A stretch of 64,000 bases of DNA. Source: an uncultured Chthonomonadaceae bacterium (GTDB lineage Bacteria > Armatimonadota > Chthonomonadetes > Chthonomonadales > Chthonomonadaceae). A program made the translations under genes and the position numbers. The notes under the pieces were generated by a model. It saw only the letters and a list, made by a program, of their open reading frames with translations. It did not search any database and was not told the DNA's origin. The stretch is taken from NCBI GenBank assembly GCA_963817895.1, contig CAWFQB010000002.1, positions 1 to 64,000 of the forward strand. The letters run 5' to 3'. Positions 42,653-53,231 of the stretch are shown here, piece by piece (within the stretch, counting starts at the first letter, position 1; each line of letters begins with the position of its first letter).

Positions 42653-43975
42653 ATGCTACGCCTGCATCGTTACACTCTTTTCTTGCTTTTACTCTGCCTT
42701 TCTGCCTTTTGCGGTTTGGCGCGGGCCGACGATAAGGGGTTTGTCAAAATCTTCGACGGAACCACGCTCAACGGCTGGACTCTCGTCGGCGGAGCAGGGC
42801 CGGGATACGTGCCGCAGAACGGCATACTGGACTGCCCCGCTGATGGCGGCGGCAACCTGTTCACCGTCAAAGAGTACAGCGACTTCGTGTTCCGGTTCGA
42901 GTTCAAACTGTTCGCCAACAGCAACAACGGCATCGGTCTGCGCGCGCCCTTAGAGGGGGATGCCGCGTACATGGGCATGGAGTGTCAGGTTCTGGATGAC
43001 AGCGGCTCGATGTACACCAAACTGGAACCCGGCCAGTACCACAGTTCCCTGTACAAAATCGTGCCTGCCAAACAGGGTTCGCTCAAACCCGTAGGCGAAT
43101 GGAACCGGGAAGAGATTACCGCCATTGGGCGGCACATCAAAGTGGTCGTCAACGGCAAAGTCACCGTTGACGCGAACCTTAATGACATTACCGATCCCGC
43201 GATACTGGCGCAGCATCCAGGTATGATGCGCGACCGGGGACACGTCGGCTTTTTGGGACACGGGCCAAGCGAAGTGCAGTTTCGCAGCGTCTTTATCAAA
43301 GATTTGGGCAAGGCGGAGCGCGAGAACACGCCGCCGATGGGCTTTACCGCGCTGTTCAACGGCAAGGATTTGAAGGGCTGGAAGGGGCTTGTCGCCGATC
43401 CGCCGCACCGCGCGCAGATGAAGCCGGAAGAATTGGCGGCAGCCGAAGCAAAGGCGACAGTGGAAGCGCTCAAGCACTGGAAAGCGGAAAACGGCCAGAT
43501 CGTTTACGACGGCAAAAACAACAGCCTGTGTACGGTCAAAGATTACGGCGACTTCGAGATGCTGGTGGATTGGAAAATCCCCCCGCGCGGCGACAGCGGC
43601 ATCTATTTGCGCGGCAGCCCGCAGGTGCAGATTTGGGACCCGATCAATCATCCCGGCAGGCCGAACGAGGGTTCCGGCGGGCTTTACAACAACATGAAAA
43701 ATCCGAGCGGCCCGACGCACACGGCGGACAATCCCGTTGGCGAATGGAATCGCTTCCGCATTTTGATGGTCGGGGATAAAGTGACCGTGTACCTCAACAA
43801 TCAGCTTGTGGTTCAAAACGTCACGATGGAAAACTACTGGGAGCGCGACAAACCGATTTATCCGACCGGGCAGATCGAACTTCAGCATCACGGCGACTCG
43901 CTGTACTTCAAGAACATCTACATTCGGGAAATAAAAACCGGTACATCTTCCACCACACAAAACACGCGGCAATAA
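42653..43975 (+). CDS. Secreted tandem DUF1080 (3-keto-disaccharide hydrolase-like) protein
   Basis: Two FxGxxLxGW...Y.DF...(N/D)(N/S)GI...GEWN...G..LQHHG-type domains. Confidence 0.88.
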   Translation: MLRLHRYTLFLLLLCLSAFCGLARADDKGFVKIFDGTTLNGWTLVGGAGPGYVPQNGILDCPADGGGNLFTVKEYSDFVFRFEFKLFANSNNGIGLRAPLEGDAAYMGMECQVLDDSGSMYTKLEPGQYHSSLYKIVPAKQGSLKPVGEWNREEITAIGRHIKVVVNGKVTVDANLNDITDPAILAQHPGMMRDRGHVGFLGHGPSEVQFRSVFIKDLGKAERENTPPMGFTALFNGKDLKGWKGLVADPPHRAQMKPEELAAAEAKATVEALKHWKAENGQIVYDGKNNSLCTVKDYGDFEMLVDWKIPPRGDSGIYLRGSPQVQIWDPINHPGRPNEGSGGLYNNMKNPSGPTHTADNPVGEWNRFRILMVGDKVTVYLNNQLVVQNVTMENYWERDKPIYPTGQIELQHHGDSLYFKNIYIREIKTGTSSTTQNTRQ

Positions 43976-44116
43976 CAGTTTTTGTGTCATAATTCTTGCT
44001 GTTATAAGGTATGGACAGCCCTGACGTTTTTCGCGTTCAGGCAGGGGTAAGGCATTTTCGCTCAGGGATGGAGCGGGAACCGTTTTGTTCGGCACGGATT
44101 GGCAGTGAGGTTCGGT

Positions 44117-46978
44117 ATGGTGACACTGGATGCGCGAATTGCCCCCGCCGGCGACGTAACGCTGATGTTCACGGACATCGAGGGTTCCACGCGGGGATGG
44201 GCCACTTATGAGGGACGCTTTCATGCGGCCCTGCTTCGCCACAACGAATTGCTGCGGAAGGCCATTGCCGCGTACAACGGGTATGAAGTAAAAACCATCG
44301 GCGACGCTTTCATGGTCGCTTTCGACAGCCCGCTGGCCTCCGCTCTCTGCGCGCTGGAGATCGAACGACTGATCGAGGCCGAACCCTTTGAGGAGGTGAA
44401 CGGCCTGCGCGTTCGCATCGGCCTGCATACCGGTGACATACAGCCGAGCGACGGCGATTATTTCGGCAACCCGGTCAACCGAACCGCGCGTATTGAGGCC
44501 GCAGCGCACGGCGGCATGATTCTCATGTCCGAAGACACGGCACAACGACTAACAGAGGATTTGCCGGATGGGGCCAGCCTGATTGATCACGGCTTCCACA
44601 CGCTCAAAGATTTGGGCGCGCCCCTCAAACTGTTCGGCCTGACGCACATTGACCTGCCGGTTCGAGACTATCCGCGCCTGAATACGCTGCCGCCCGAACT
44701 GCACAACTTTCCCGCCGAACTGACCAGTTTCGTGGGGCGTGACCGCGAAATCCGAGAACTCACCGAAATGCTCATTGAGGGCAAAAAGCGGCTGATTACC
44801 CTCACCGGGCCGGGGGGAACCGGTAAAACACGCCTGTCGCTGCAAGTGGCGGCAGAGTGCGTACAGCATTTCAAGCATGGTATGTGGCTGGTAGAACTGG
44901 CGGGCGTGTCGCGGGCGCAGGACGTGCCGGGCGCAGTCGCAATCGCGCTTGGCATCCCCCTTTCCACGGATGGCGATGTCAAAACGCAGGTGATTGCGCA
45001 TCTCAAAACCCGTACCTGCCTGCTGGTTCTGGACAATTTCGAGCAGGTGGTGGAAGCCGCCCGCTTTGTCAACGACCTGATGAAGCAGTGCGCCAAAGTT
45101 TCCATTATCGTCTCATCGCGGGAACTGCTGCAAATCGCCGGGGAACAGGAGTACCCGCTGGAACCGCTCGGCCTGCCCCCGGACAGCGTAACCGTGAAAA
45201 CGTGGCAGCAGTACGCCAGTCTGCGCCTGTTCGTGGAGCGCTGCATGGCCGCCCGTCCCGCTTTCAGCGTCACGGAAGACAATCTGGGCGATGTGGTCAC
45301 GATCTGCCGCCGCGTGGATGGCCTGCCCCTCGCGATGGAACTGACGGCGGCATTGTCGCGGGGAATGACGCCGCAGCAGATTGTACCCCGTTTGCAGGAC
45401 AGATTGCGGCTGCTGGCCTCGTCGCGCCGCGATCTGGAACCCCGGCAGCGTTCCATGCGAGGCGCGATTGACTGGAGCTACGACTTGCTCACGGAGGACG
45501 AGCGCACACTGTTCGCGGAGTTGTCTGTATTCGTCGGCGGGTTCAGCGCGGAAGCCGTAGACGCCGTATGCGAAACCCCGATGGCGTTCGACCTGATCTT
45601 CACCCTGCGGGACAAATCGCTCGTGCGGGGCGTGGAAGTAGACGGCGAAATGCGTTACGCCATGCTGGAAACTCTCCGCGAATACGCAAGAGAAAAACGC
45701 GAAGCCGACAATGCCAGTCCCGACCTGAATTTCCGCCACGCCACGTACTATCTGGAACAAGCGCAGAATTGGAGTTCGCAACTGGACGGCTCCGAGGCGG
45801 CAATGGCGCAGCGCCATTTTCAGCGTGAAATTGACAACATGCGAACCGGCATGGATTGGGCGGTCGGGCAGGACGATTGCGAAATGGTGTCCAGGTATGG
45901 CCGCGCGCTTGCCCGGTTCTTTCTCGCCAAAGGCTTGTATGAGGAGGGCGACCAGCGATTGGCAACAGCAGCGGAAGCCTGTCGGAATGGCGGCGATCAG
46001 CAATCCTTAGCTCTGCTGCTGCTACAGCGCGGACGTGTCGCCTTTCGACGCATGCTTTTAGATGACGCAAATCAATTTTATCAGGCAAGTTATGATATAA
46101 GCAAACAGATTGAGGACACACAGCGATTGATTCCGGCTCTCGGAAACCTGGGCAACGTCGCGTGGGCTAAAAACGATCATCAAAAGGCGCAAGCATTTTG
46201 GGAGGAGGGACTGATGCTTGCGCGGGAAACCCGACAACCCCGCTACGAAGCCGGAATGCTTGACAATCTTGGTATTCTCGCCACCAATAAGGGCGATTTT
46301 GAGGCTGCGACCCTTTACTATGAACAAGCTTTGTACATTCACCAGCAGGCTAAAGATAAGCGATTGACAGCATACGCGCTCATGCATCTCGGAGAAGCAC
46401 TACAGGGACAAGAGCAGTACTCGCAGGCATTCGCGAGTATGCAGGAGAGCCACAATCTATTCCTGGAGCTTGGGGCACGAATGGAAACTGCCATCACTGC
46501 CATTAATTTGGGCCAACTCCTTCTGGAAACCAGCGATATACAAAATGCGGCGCGGCATATTGACATGGGACTGGCAACCGCGCGCGAAATCAAGGACGCG
46601 CGTTGCGAGATGTACGGCCTGACGGCGCAGGGTTGTCTCTACTTAAAACAAGATGATCCCCGGCAGGCTCTTTCCAGCCTGCGCCAATCCCTGCGCCTTG
46701 CGCACCGGATTGAAGATCACAAGCAGACCGTACAAATTTTGTACCATGCGGGCTTATGCTTACAGATACAGGAGCAGTGGAAAGCCGCATACCGGATTTT
46801 TGCGGTTGCGCAACGGGAACACCGGGCGCACAATTTGTGGGGCGATCACCTTCTTGAACCTGTCATGCGCCAGTTGCGAATTGTTTTGAACGCTGCTGCC
46901 GTGCATTCGCTCGAGGAGCAGGCGGAAACCTGCGAGATTGTGTCTCTGCTAGATATATTTGAGCCTATTTCCCCGTAA
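44117..46978 (+). CDS. Class III adenylate/guanylate cyclase + STAND (NB-ARC-like) ATPase + TPR protein
   Basis: FTDIEGST, KTIGDAF, DYFG.PVNR.AR; GPGGTGKT, LLVLDNFE, DGLPLAMEL; C-terminal TPRs. Confidence 0.92.
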   Translation: MVTLDARIAPAGDVTLMFTDIEGSTRGWATYEGRFHAALLRHNELLRKAIAAYNGYEVKTIGDAFMVAFDSPLASALCALEIERLIEAEPFEEVNGLRVRIGLHTGDIQPSDGDYFGNPVNRTARIEAAAHGGMILMSEDTAQRLTEDLPDGASLIDHGFHTLKDLGAPLKLFGLTHIDLPVRDYPRLNTLPPELHNFPAELTSFVGRDREIRELTEMLIEGKKRLITLTGPGGTGKTRLSLQVAAECVQHFKHGMWLVELAGVSRAQDVPGAVAIALGIPLSTDGDVKTQVIAHLKTRTCLLVLDNFEQVVEAARFVNDLMKQCAKVSIIVSSRELLQIAGEQEYPLEPLGLPPDSVTVKTWQQYASLRLFVERCMAARPAFSVTEDNLGDVVTICRRVDGLPLAMELTAALSRGMTPQQIVPRLQDRLRLLASSRRDLEPRQRSMRGAIDWSYDLLTEDERTLFAELSVFVGGFSAEAVDAVCETPMAFDLIFTLRDKSLVRGVEVDGEMRYAMLETLREYAREKREADNASPDLNFRHATYYLEQAQNWSSQLDGSEAAMAQRHFQREIDNMRTGMDWAVGQDDCEMVSRYGRALARFFLAKGLYEEGDQRLATAAEACRNGGDQQSLALLLLQRGRVAFRRMLLDDANQFYQASYDISKQIEDTQRLIPALGNLGNVAWAKNDHQKAQAFWEEGLMLARETRQPRYEAGMLDNLGILATNKGDFEAATLYYEQALYIHQQAKDKRLTAYALMHLGEALQGQEQYSQAFASMQESHNLFLELGARMETAITAINLGQLLLETSDIQNAARHIDMGLATAREIKDARCEMYGLTAQGCLYLKQDDPRQALSSLRQSLRLAHRIEDHKQTVQILYHAGLCLQIQEQWKAAYRIFAVAQREHRAHNLWGDHLLEPVMRQLRIVLNAAAVHSLEEQAETCEIVSLLDIFEPISP

Positions 46979-47138
46979 AAAGACGTGGATTTTCTTTTTT
47001 TATAGCAAAACAAGGAAAATGCGCTGATTGGCACGAATTATGCAATCTATTATGTTGATAGATTAAGCACTGCCATTCTGCGGCACAAACTATATCCAAC
47101 ACTTTTCGCGTTCGTAATCCTTCACCCATGGAGTTCTG

Positions 47139-47816
47139 ATGAAACCACTTTTTCTGCCGCTTCTCGTATCTGCGCTCGGCCTCGCGCTTTCTGCCGCTCC
47201 CTCGCTTGCGCAATCAATTGGCCCGCCCGCGCCAACGCCTGTGACCGCGACATATACCATCCCTACGGATTTCGATCCCGATTCGGTTACGTTTACATCC
47301 ACCGGGCAGACGTTTGCCATCACGGATCAAACCGACCCGATTACCGGGCAGTTGTTGTCGCCGCTGTCGAATGGCGGCGGTGGTCTTAACATTTTTGCCG
47401 CTGTTCCCAATCCTCTCGGCGCCAATTCCGCTACCATACCGATTGTGGAAGTAGATTTCTTCACAACTTACACCGGACCAATCACGCTTGTCAGCCTGGC
47501 CGGTTTTGGTTCCGGCGCCACTCCCTGGTTTGCGGAGATGTTGAATCCTCCCGTCGGGCAGGCGTTTCGCTTCTACAAAACCCTGCCCACGCAGGCCAAC
47601 ATCAACACCACCAATCCCAGCATTGACCCTACCGAGTATGCTATTTTCACTCTCACTCCCCGCGATCCTAACGACGCGGTGTTCTTGAATTCATTGTTCA
47701 CTATCAGCGGCTTCACGTCCGTTCAGAACGTTCCCGAACCAGGGACAATCGCCCTTTTCGGCGCGCTTGCCGTCAGCGGCGGCGTGGCGTGGCGACGGAG
47801 AAGGCGGACTGTCTGA
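47139..47816 (+). CDS. PEP-CTERM sorting domain protein
   Basis: Signal peptide; VPEPGTIALFG...WRRRRR. Confidence 0.88.
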   Translation: MKPLFLPLLVSALGLALSAAPSLAQSIGPPAPTPVTATYTIPTDFDPDSVTFTSTGQTFAITDQTDPITGQLLSPLSNGGGGLNIFAAVPNPLGANSATIPIVEVDFFTTYTGPITLVSLAGFGSGATPWFAEMLNPPVGQAFRFYKTLPTQANINTTNPSIDPTEYAIFTLTPRDPNDAVFLNSLFTISGFTSVQNVPEPGTIALFGALAVSGGVAWRRRRRTV

Positions 47817-47960
47817 ACCATGATCAGGCATGATTTTGATGATTACCATGATGCTGCGCTGTTTTAATGTGTGATTTGTCTGATTAGCGAAAGGCTATGA
47901 GGAAGGCGCCTCCTCAATCATGGTAATCACAAAAATCATGCCTGATCATGGTTCAAGACA
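47810..47960. repeat. 150-bp palindromic MITE/REP-like element, copy 2
   Basis: Same arms as 8151-8300; the internal AAAACAGCGCA segment is in the opposite orientation. Confidence 0.85.
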
Positions 47961-49158
47961 ATAAAGCCCTGTCCAGATCATCCCACAGGTCTTCAACGGT
48001 TTCCAACCCGATGTGCAGGCGGATGAGCCAATGCGGTTCGGCTTCTCCGATGGCCGCGCCTGCTGCAAGGGAGGGGAGCGCGAGGCTTTCGAAGCCGCCC
48101 CAACTGCACCCGATGGCGAAGTAGCGCAGGGCGTCCACCACGCGGTACGCTTCTTCTTTGCCCGGTTTCTTCAGCATCACGCTCATCAGGCCGTTCGTTC
48201 CGCGCAGTTGTTTGCGCGTAAGTTCGGCCTGCGGGTCGTCAGGCAGGCCGGGATAAAACACCCGCGCCACGCTCGGATGTTCGCGCAGGGCGTTGGCGAT
48301 GCGCTTGCCGCTCTGCTGATGGCGTTCCATGCGTATCGGAAGCGTTCGCAGGCCGCGCAGCAGCAGCCACGCGGCAAACGGATCGAGCATCGCGCCGAGC
48401 AGACAGCCCTCGTCGAACGTCAGTTTCCGCATCCGCTCCGCGTTTCCAACCACAACCCCTGCTGTAACGTCGCTATGCCCGCCGAGATATTTGGTGGCCG
48501 AATGTACGACCAGATCAATGCCATGCGCGAGCGGGTTCTGGTAAATTGGCGTCGCCCACGAGTTGTCAATCACGGTGGACGCGCCCCATTCGCGGGCAAG
48601 GTGGGCTATCGCGCTCAAATCCTGCTGCTTCATCACCACGCTTGATGGCGATTCCAGATACAGGAGGGTAGTATTCGGGCGCAGCGCGTCCGCCCACTCC
48701 TGCGTATCACCCCCATCCACAAACGTCACGCCGATGTTGAAGCGTTTCAAATAGTCGCGCAAAAACTGCCGGGTCGGGCCGTATGTGGTTTCCGGCGCAA
48801 TTACATGGTCGCCCGCTTTGACACAGGCCAGTATCGCGGCGGAGACCGCGCCCATGCCGCTGCCAAAGCACCGCGCCCGTTCCCCACCCTCCAGAGCGGC
48901 AATCTTCGCCTCGGCAATATCCGTTGTCGGGTTGCACACCCGCGAGTAGTCGTACACTTCGGACACGCCGCCCGCTGGATGCCCGTCCTCCTCCGAAGTG
49001 GGCGCGTAATTACGCTCCCGCGCCGCGCAGTTCGGAAAGGTAAACAGCGAATTCTGGTAAATCGGCGGAATCACCGCGCCCCGGTACTCTTCAGGGTTCT
49101 CGCCTAAATGCGCGCAAATAGTTTCAAAGTGGGGTCGTTCGTCGGAAGGCATTGGCAA
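47953..49158 (-). CDS. Cys/Met metabolism PLP enzyme (cystathionine gamma-synthase / beta-lyase family)
   Basis: YSR..NPT, SGMGA, DNSWATP, HSATKYLGGHSD, SWGGFESL. Confidence 0.92.
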   Translation of the reverse strand: MPMPSDERPHFETICAHLGENPEEYRGAVIPPIYQNSLFTFPNCAARERNYAPTSEEDGHPAGGVSEVYDYSRVCNPTTDIAEAKIAALEGGERARCFGSGMGAVSAAILACVKAGDHVIAPETTYGPTRQFLRDYLKRFNIGVTFVDGGDTQEWADALRPNTTLLYLESPSSVVMKQQDLSAIAHLAREWGASTVIDNSWATPIYQNPLAHGIDLVVHSATKYLGGHSDVTAGVVVGNAERMRKLTFDEGCLLGAMLDPFAAWLLLRGLRTLPIRMERHQQSGKRIANALREHPSVARVFYPGLPDDPQAELTRKQLRGTNGLMSVMLKKPGKEEAYRVVDALRYFAIGCSWGGFESLALPSLAAGAAIGEAEPHWLIRLHIGLETVEDLWDDLDRALLS

Positions 49159-49288
49159 CTCCGGTGTTCAGGTATTCAGGTGTTCAGGTGTTCAGGAACT
49201 AAACTGCAAGCCTGCCGCGCAAAAGCAAACATGTGCCTCTTGCATTGTCCTGAACACCCGAATACCTGAATACCTGAATACCCTCTCC

Positions 49289-49873
49289 TTATATCTTCGT
49301 CATTTTATCCTGGATGTCGTCCACGCCAAAGCCAAGATCGTCTTCGCTCGGCGCGGGATAGTCTTCAATATACCATTTCGCGCCCACTTTGCGGCATTTG
49401 ATCTGGCGGATTCGCTCCACTTTGTATTTGCCGTCCTCGTCCGTGTAGGTCCCTTTTTCCGTCACGGACGCGACAATGTGCGTGGCGTCCCCCGGCGTCA
49501 TGCCGCGCAGGGTGTAAGCGGTGGGTATGAACGTGCCGCGCGGACGCTCGAACAGAATGGGCGGATGCTTGCTGCCGGGCATATCTTTCGGACCATACCC
49601 TTGCAGCCACTGATACCGCTTTTCCACCATCAGGTCGTCGGGGTTGGGCGTCATCAGCTTTTTAATCATCGTCACTTTGTCTTTGCGCTGATACGCTTTC
49701 TCGAACTGCGTGACAAGCGCGGTCACTTCCACTTTCGCGCTGCCGCCCTTTTCCGCAGCCGCCGCTTTGGTTTTGCGCGGCGGTTTGGCGTAGGCGTTCA
49801 TGCTGCCTGCGCCTACTATAACTCCCATCGCGCTCACCACCGCCAGCGCAGATTTAGCCAAATTTGTTCTCAT
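49289..49873 (-). CDS. Hypothetical secreted protein
   Basis: Signal peptide ending AYA; RBS GGAAGGAAAG. Confidence 0.65.
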   Translation of the reverse strand: MRTNLAKSALAVVSAMGVIVGAGSMNAYAKPPRKTKAAAAEKGGSAKVEVTALVTQFEKAYQRKDKVTMIKKLMTPNPDDLMVEKRYQWLQGYGPKDMPGSKHPPILFERPRGTFIPTAYTLRGMTPGDATHIVASVTEKGTYTDEDGKYKVERIRQIKCRKVGAKWYIEDYPAPSEDDLGFGVDDIQDKMTKI

Positions 49874-50288
49874 GTCTTTCCTTCCTTCATAGTTCATTTT
49901 GGTACTTAGCCTCCATATGCGATTAGCACTCTGTCACATGAAATTAGCGCCTCCCCTTCTCCCAAGCTTTTTTGGGAGAAGGGGCCGGGGGTTGAGGGCT
50001 ACTCTCTTTACTTCGTCACGCGCTACCGAAAACCCTTCTTCGCCATGAGTACGTTCCCTCGCTTGCGTCGTGACACTATCCCTGAATCGGACAACATTCC
50101 TAAAATAAAGTGTCAGGAGATGAAAAACACGTCAAATGCGCCAAAAACCTGTAACAGCAGGAGAAACCAGACGACAAATAGAATATCACCTTTGTGCTTC
50201 TTAAATTAAAGATTAGCCCCTCTCCTAGCGACGCAGGAGCGGTCAGGAGAGGGGTTGGGGTGAGGTAAATTCAGGACAGGAGCGGCAG

Positions 50289-51617
50289 ATGCTGACGATT
50301 GCAGGCGGGAAACGGGGCGGATTTTGTGACGGCGTGACGCGGCGCGAATTTTTGAAGATCGGCGGGCTGGCATTGGGCGGATTGGGCCTGACCGACATAC
50401 TCGCGGCGGAAGCGCGGGCGGGCATTCGCTCGTCTCACAAAGCCATTATCATGGTCTATTTGCCCGGCGGCCCGCCGCATCAGGATATGTTCGATCTGAA
50501 GATGGACGCGCCGAGCGAAATACGCGGCGAGTTCAAGCCCATCAAGACCAAAGTGCCGGGAATTGAAATTTGCGAACACCTGCCCAAAATCGCCGCCATG
50601 ATGGACAAGTTTGCCATCATTCGTTCGCTTGTCGGGGCGCGGGATGAACACGATGCCAGCGTTTGTCTGAGCGGCTATTCGGCTGCCGAGTTAGCCCAAA
50701 ACCACGCGCCCTGTCTTGGCTCGGTCGTGTCCTACCTGAACGGGCCGGTTGACAAGACCGTACCCGCGTTTGTCGGACTTTCGCCGCGCATGGGCCACAT
50801 GGAATGGGCGCTATCGGGCGATCCGGGCTTTTTGGGACTGGCGCACAGCCCGCTCAAACCCGAAGGCCCCCTCATGGCCGACATGACGCTCAATGGCATT
50901 TCGCTTGACCGCCTGCGTGACCGCCGCCTGCTGCTCAACAGTCTGGACCGCTTCCACCAGAAAGTAGACACGTTACAGGGCATGGACGCGCTGCATCAAC
51001 GCGCGTTCGACCTGCTGACTTCGCGCAAACTCGTGGACGCGCTGGACGTGAGCAAGGAAGACCCCAAAATACGCGCCCGTTATGGCGTGGGCGATGTGAA
51101 ACTTGTGGACGACGGCGGGCCGATGGCGAACGAGCATTTTCTAGTAGCGCGGCGTCTGGTGGAAGCAGGGGCGCGGTGCGTTACTATCGGCTACGGACGG
51201 TGGGACTATCACGACAAGAACTTCGCGCAATTGAAACTGCGCCTGCCGATGTTCGATCAGGCCGTGAGCGCGCTTGTGCAGGATATTTACGACCGGGGCA
51301 TGGATAAGGACGTTTCCGTTGTCGTGTGGGGAGAGTTCGGGCGTTCGCCGCGCATCAACAAGGACGGCGGGCGCGACCACTGGCCCCGCGTGGCAAGCGC
51401 ATTGCTGGCGGGCGGCGGCATGAGAACCGGGCAGGTCATCGGCTCCACAAACCGCTTCGGCGAAGAACCCGACTCGCGCCCCGTTCACTTCAAGGACGTG
51501 TTCGCGACCCTGTACCACAACATGGGCATCAACATCAAGGATACGCCCGTGATGGATTCGCTTTCCCGTCCCCACTACCTGCTCGACGACCACGACCCGG
51601 TTCAGGAACTCATTTAA
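50289..51617 (+). CDS. DUF1501 family protein
   Basis: TRREFL, GGPPHQDMFDLK, ARRLVEAG, WGEFGRSPRIN..GRDHWP. Confidence 0.92.
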   Translation: MLTIAGGKRGGFCDGVTRREFLKIGGLALGGLGLTDILAAEARAGIRSSHKAIIMVYLPGGPPHQDMFDLKMDAPSEIRGEFKPIKTKVPGIEICEHLPKIAAMMDKFAIIRSLVGARDEHDASVCLSGYSAAELAQNHAPCLGSVVSYLNGPVDKTVPAFVGLSPRMGHMEWALSGDPGFLGLAHSPLKPEGPLMADMTLNGISLDRLRDRRLLLNSLDRFHQKVDTLQGMDALHQRAFDLLTSRKLVDALDVSKEDPKIRARYGVGDVKLVDDGGPMANEHFLVARRLVEAGARCVTIGYGRWDYHDKNFAQLKLRLPMFDQAVSALVQDIYDRGMDKDVSVVVWGEFGRSPRINKDGGRDHWPRVASALLAGGGMRTGQVIGSTNRFGEEPDSRPVHFKDVFATLYHNMGINIKDTPVMDSLSRPHYLLDDHDPVQELI

Positions 51618-51619
51618 CG

Positions 51620-51659
51620 AAAAAGGGGCGGGTGGTTCGCGAACCACCCGCCCCTTTTT
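51620..51659. terminator. Perfect palindrome, probable bidirectional terminator
   Basis: AAAAAGGGGCGGGTGGTTCGCGAACCACCCGCCCCTTTTT between DUF1501 and the tRNA. Confidence 0.8.
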
Positions 51660-51662
51660 CTA

Positions 51663-51745
51663 TGCCGAAGATGGGAGTCGAACCCATACGAGGTTGCCCT
51701 CGACGGTTTTTGAGACCGTTGCGTCTGCCATTCCGCCACTTCGGC
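51663..51745 (-). tRNA. tRNA-Leu(CAA), CCA not encoded
   Basis: GCCGAAG acceptor stem, anticodon arm ACGGT-CTCAAAA-ACCGT, long variable arm, GGTTCGACTCC. Confidence 0.95.
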
Positions 51746-51936
51746 TTAACTCTTCGTATTATACGGCACGTTCCCCTCTTCTGTCAATGTTAGGTTGTTA
51801 GTTGTTAGGTTGTCAGGTGTTAAGTTCTCAAGTTGTAATCTTGTCGCGCTGAAGTAAATGCCTTTCTTCACATTGTCCTGAAGACCTAACAACCTAACAA
51901 CTAACAACCTACCCCTTCCCTTGGTATAATAGAAGC

Positions 51937-52828
51937 ATGACTTCTTCGAGCCTGACGCCTGCCAACCTTGCCGCTGCCTCAAAAAGGGTTCCTTTCGTCG
52001 CCGTTTATTCGCGCATTGTTTGGAACAATGGCGCGGCGCGTTGTTACTCTTGTAATCGTGAGCTGCGGCAGTGGAGTGGGCTGTTGTGGTTCAATCAGCA
52101 TCGGCGTATGGGATGGCGGGAAGCGGTCAGTCCGGCGTACTGGGTGGCGCGTTCGCGGGGCGAAGATTTGTACGATCCGGCAAAAGGCTTGCTGATGCAC
52201 GGCAACCGGCAGCTTCGGAAGTGGCTTTGACCTTTGACGATGGGCCGCATGTGGAGAGTCGCGGGCGAAATTTTAGATACGCTGAAACAGTATGGGGCGC
52301 ACGCCACTTTTTTTGATGTGGGCGAACATATGACTCGCGCAGCCGGAGCTGGTAAAGCGCACCCTTGCCGAAGGACATGAGATCGCCAACCATTCCAATA
52401 CGCACCTGCGCCTCGACGGACTTTCCCCTCGTGACCGCCACCGCGAAATAAACGACGCGGCCATTGCCTTTTACCGCGTGAGCGCACAGCATTTGACCCT
52501 GTTGCGCCCGCCCGGAATGAGAGTCAATGATGCCGTTTTTGCCGATTGCCGCGATCTAGGCTATACCGTTGTCGGCTACAACACGGTTGCCCGCGACGCC
52601 GACCCGGAAACCGAGCCAGATTTCATTGTGCAGCGCACCTGTGACCGCGTAGAGAACGGCAGTATCCTGCTTCTGCACGATTACCCCGCAACCGCTAGAG
52701 CTTTGCCGGAAATTCTCAAACGCCTGAAATCCGAAGGTTATCATTTCGTTACCGTATCCGAAATGATTGACCATCTTCCCCCGCTCCCGCATCAGCAGGT
52801 TCTCGCCTTTCAGCAAGCGCATCCGTAG
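51937..52828 (+). CDS. Polysaccharide deacetylase (NodB/CE4), multiple frameshifts, start approximate
   Basis: VALTFDDGP, ATFF, GHEIANHSNTH, RPPG, ILLLHD across frames. Confidence 0.85.
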
Positions 52829-52856
52829 CAGTATCAACAGCAAGGCTGACAGGTTC

Positions 52857-53231
52857 CTATGGCACGGGCAGACGCCGCAACGTGAACACGCCGCCGTCCA
52901 CAATCGGCATATCCAGATGATAGCCATACATCAATGAAATACCAATGAGCGCGTCTCCATTAGTTTCATTCACAGGAACCGCCAAAGGCTGTCCGTCCCA
53001 CATAACAGTTGCTTCATAAACCCGAAGCGCTATGGAACTTCCGTCCGCAAGCGTTCCTCTGCCCGCTCTTCTGTAGCGCAGGCCAAGCGCGGCGATTATG
53101 TGAGGCGGTAATGTCAGCCATGCCGTAAAGCCGGTATCTAAAACTCCGTCAATTTCGTGTGGATGTCCGGCGGCATCCAAAACTATCAGCCGCAAAATTC
53201 CTTCGCGGTGAGCGGTCATAACTCCATTCAT
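52857..53231 (-). CDS. Clan AA (retropepsin-like) aspartic protease
   Basis: VLDTGFT.WLTLP, TLADGS, LIGISLM. Confidence 0.85.
   Translation of the reverse strand: MNGVMTAHREGILRLIVLDAAGHPHEIDGVLDTGFTAWLTLPPHIIAALGLRYRRAGRGTLADGSSIALRVYEATVMWDGQPLAVPVNETNGDALIGISLMYGYHLDMPIVDGGVFTLRRLPVP

Noticed and set aside
42950..44545. Long antisense ORFs (this one, 13296-14456, 23009-24244 and others)
   Set aside because: They shadow well-supported genes on the other strand, as expected in GC-rich DNA, and show no motifs.
44117..46978. Avs-type antiviral STAND system
   Set aside because: The architecture matches common cyclase-ATPase-TPR signalling proteins, with no defence neighbours.
50289..51617. 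DUF1501 with DUF1549/DUF1553 cluster
   Set aside because: The usual partner genes are not adjacent; lone paralogs are unremarkable.
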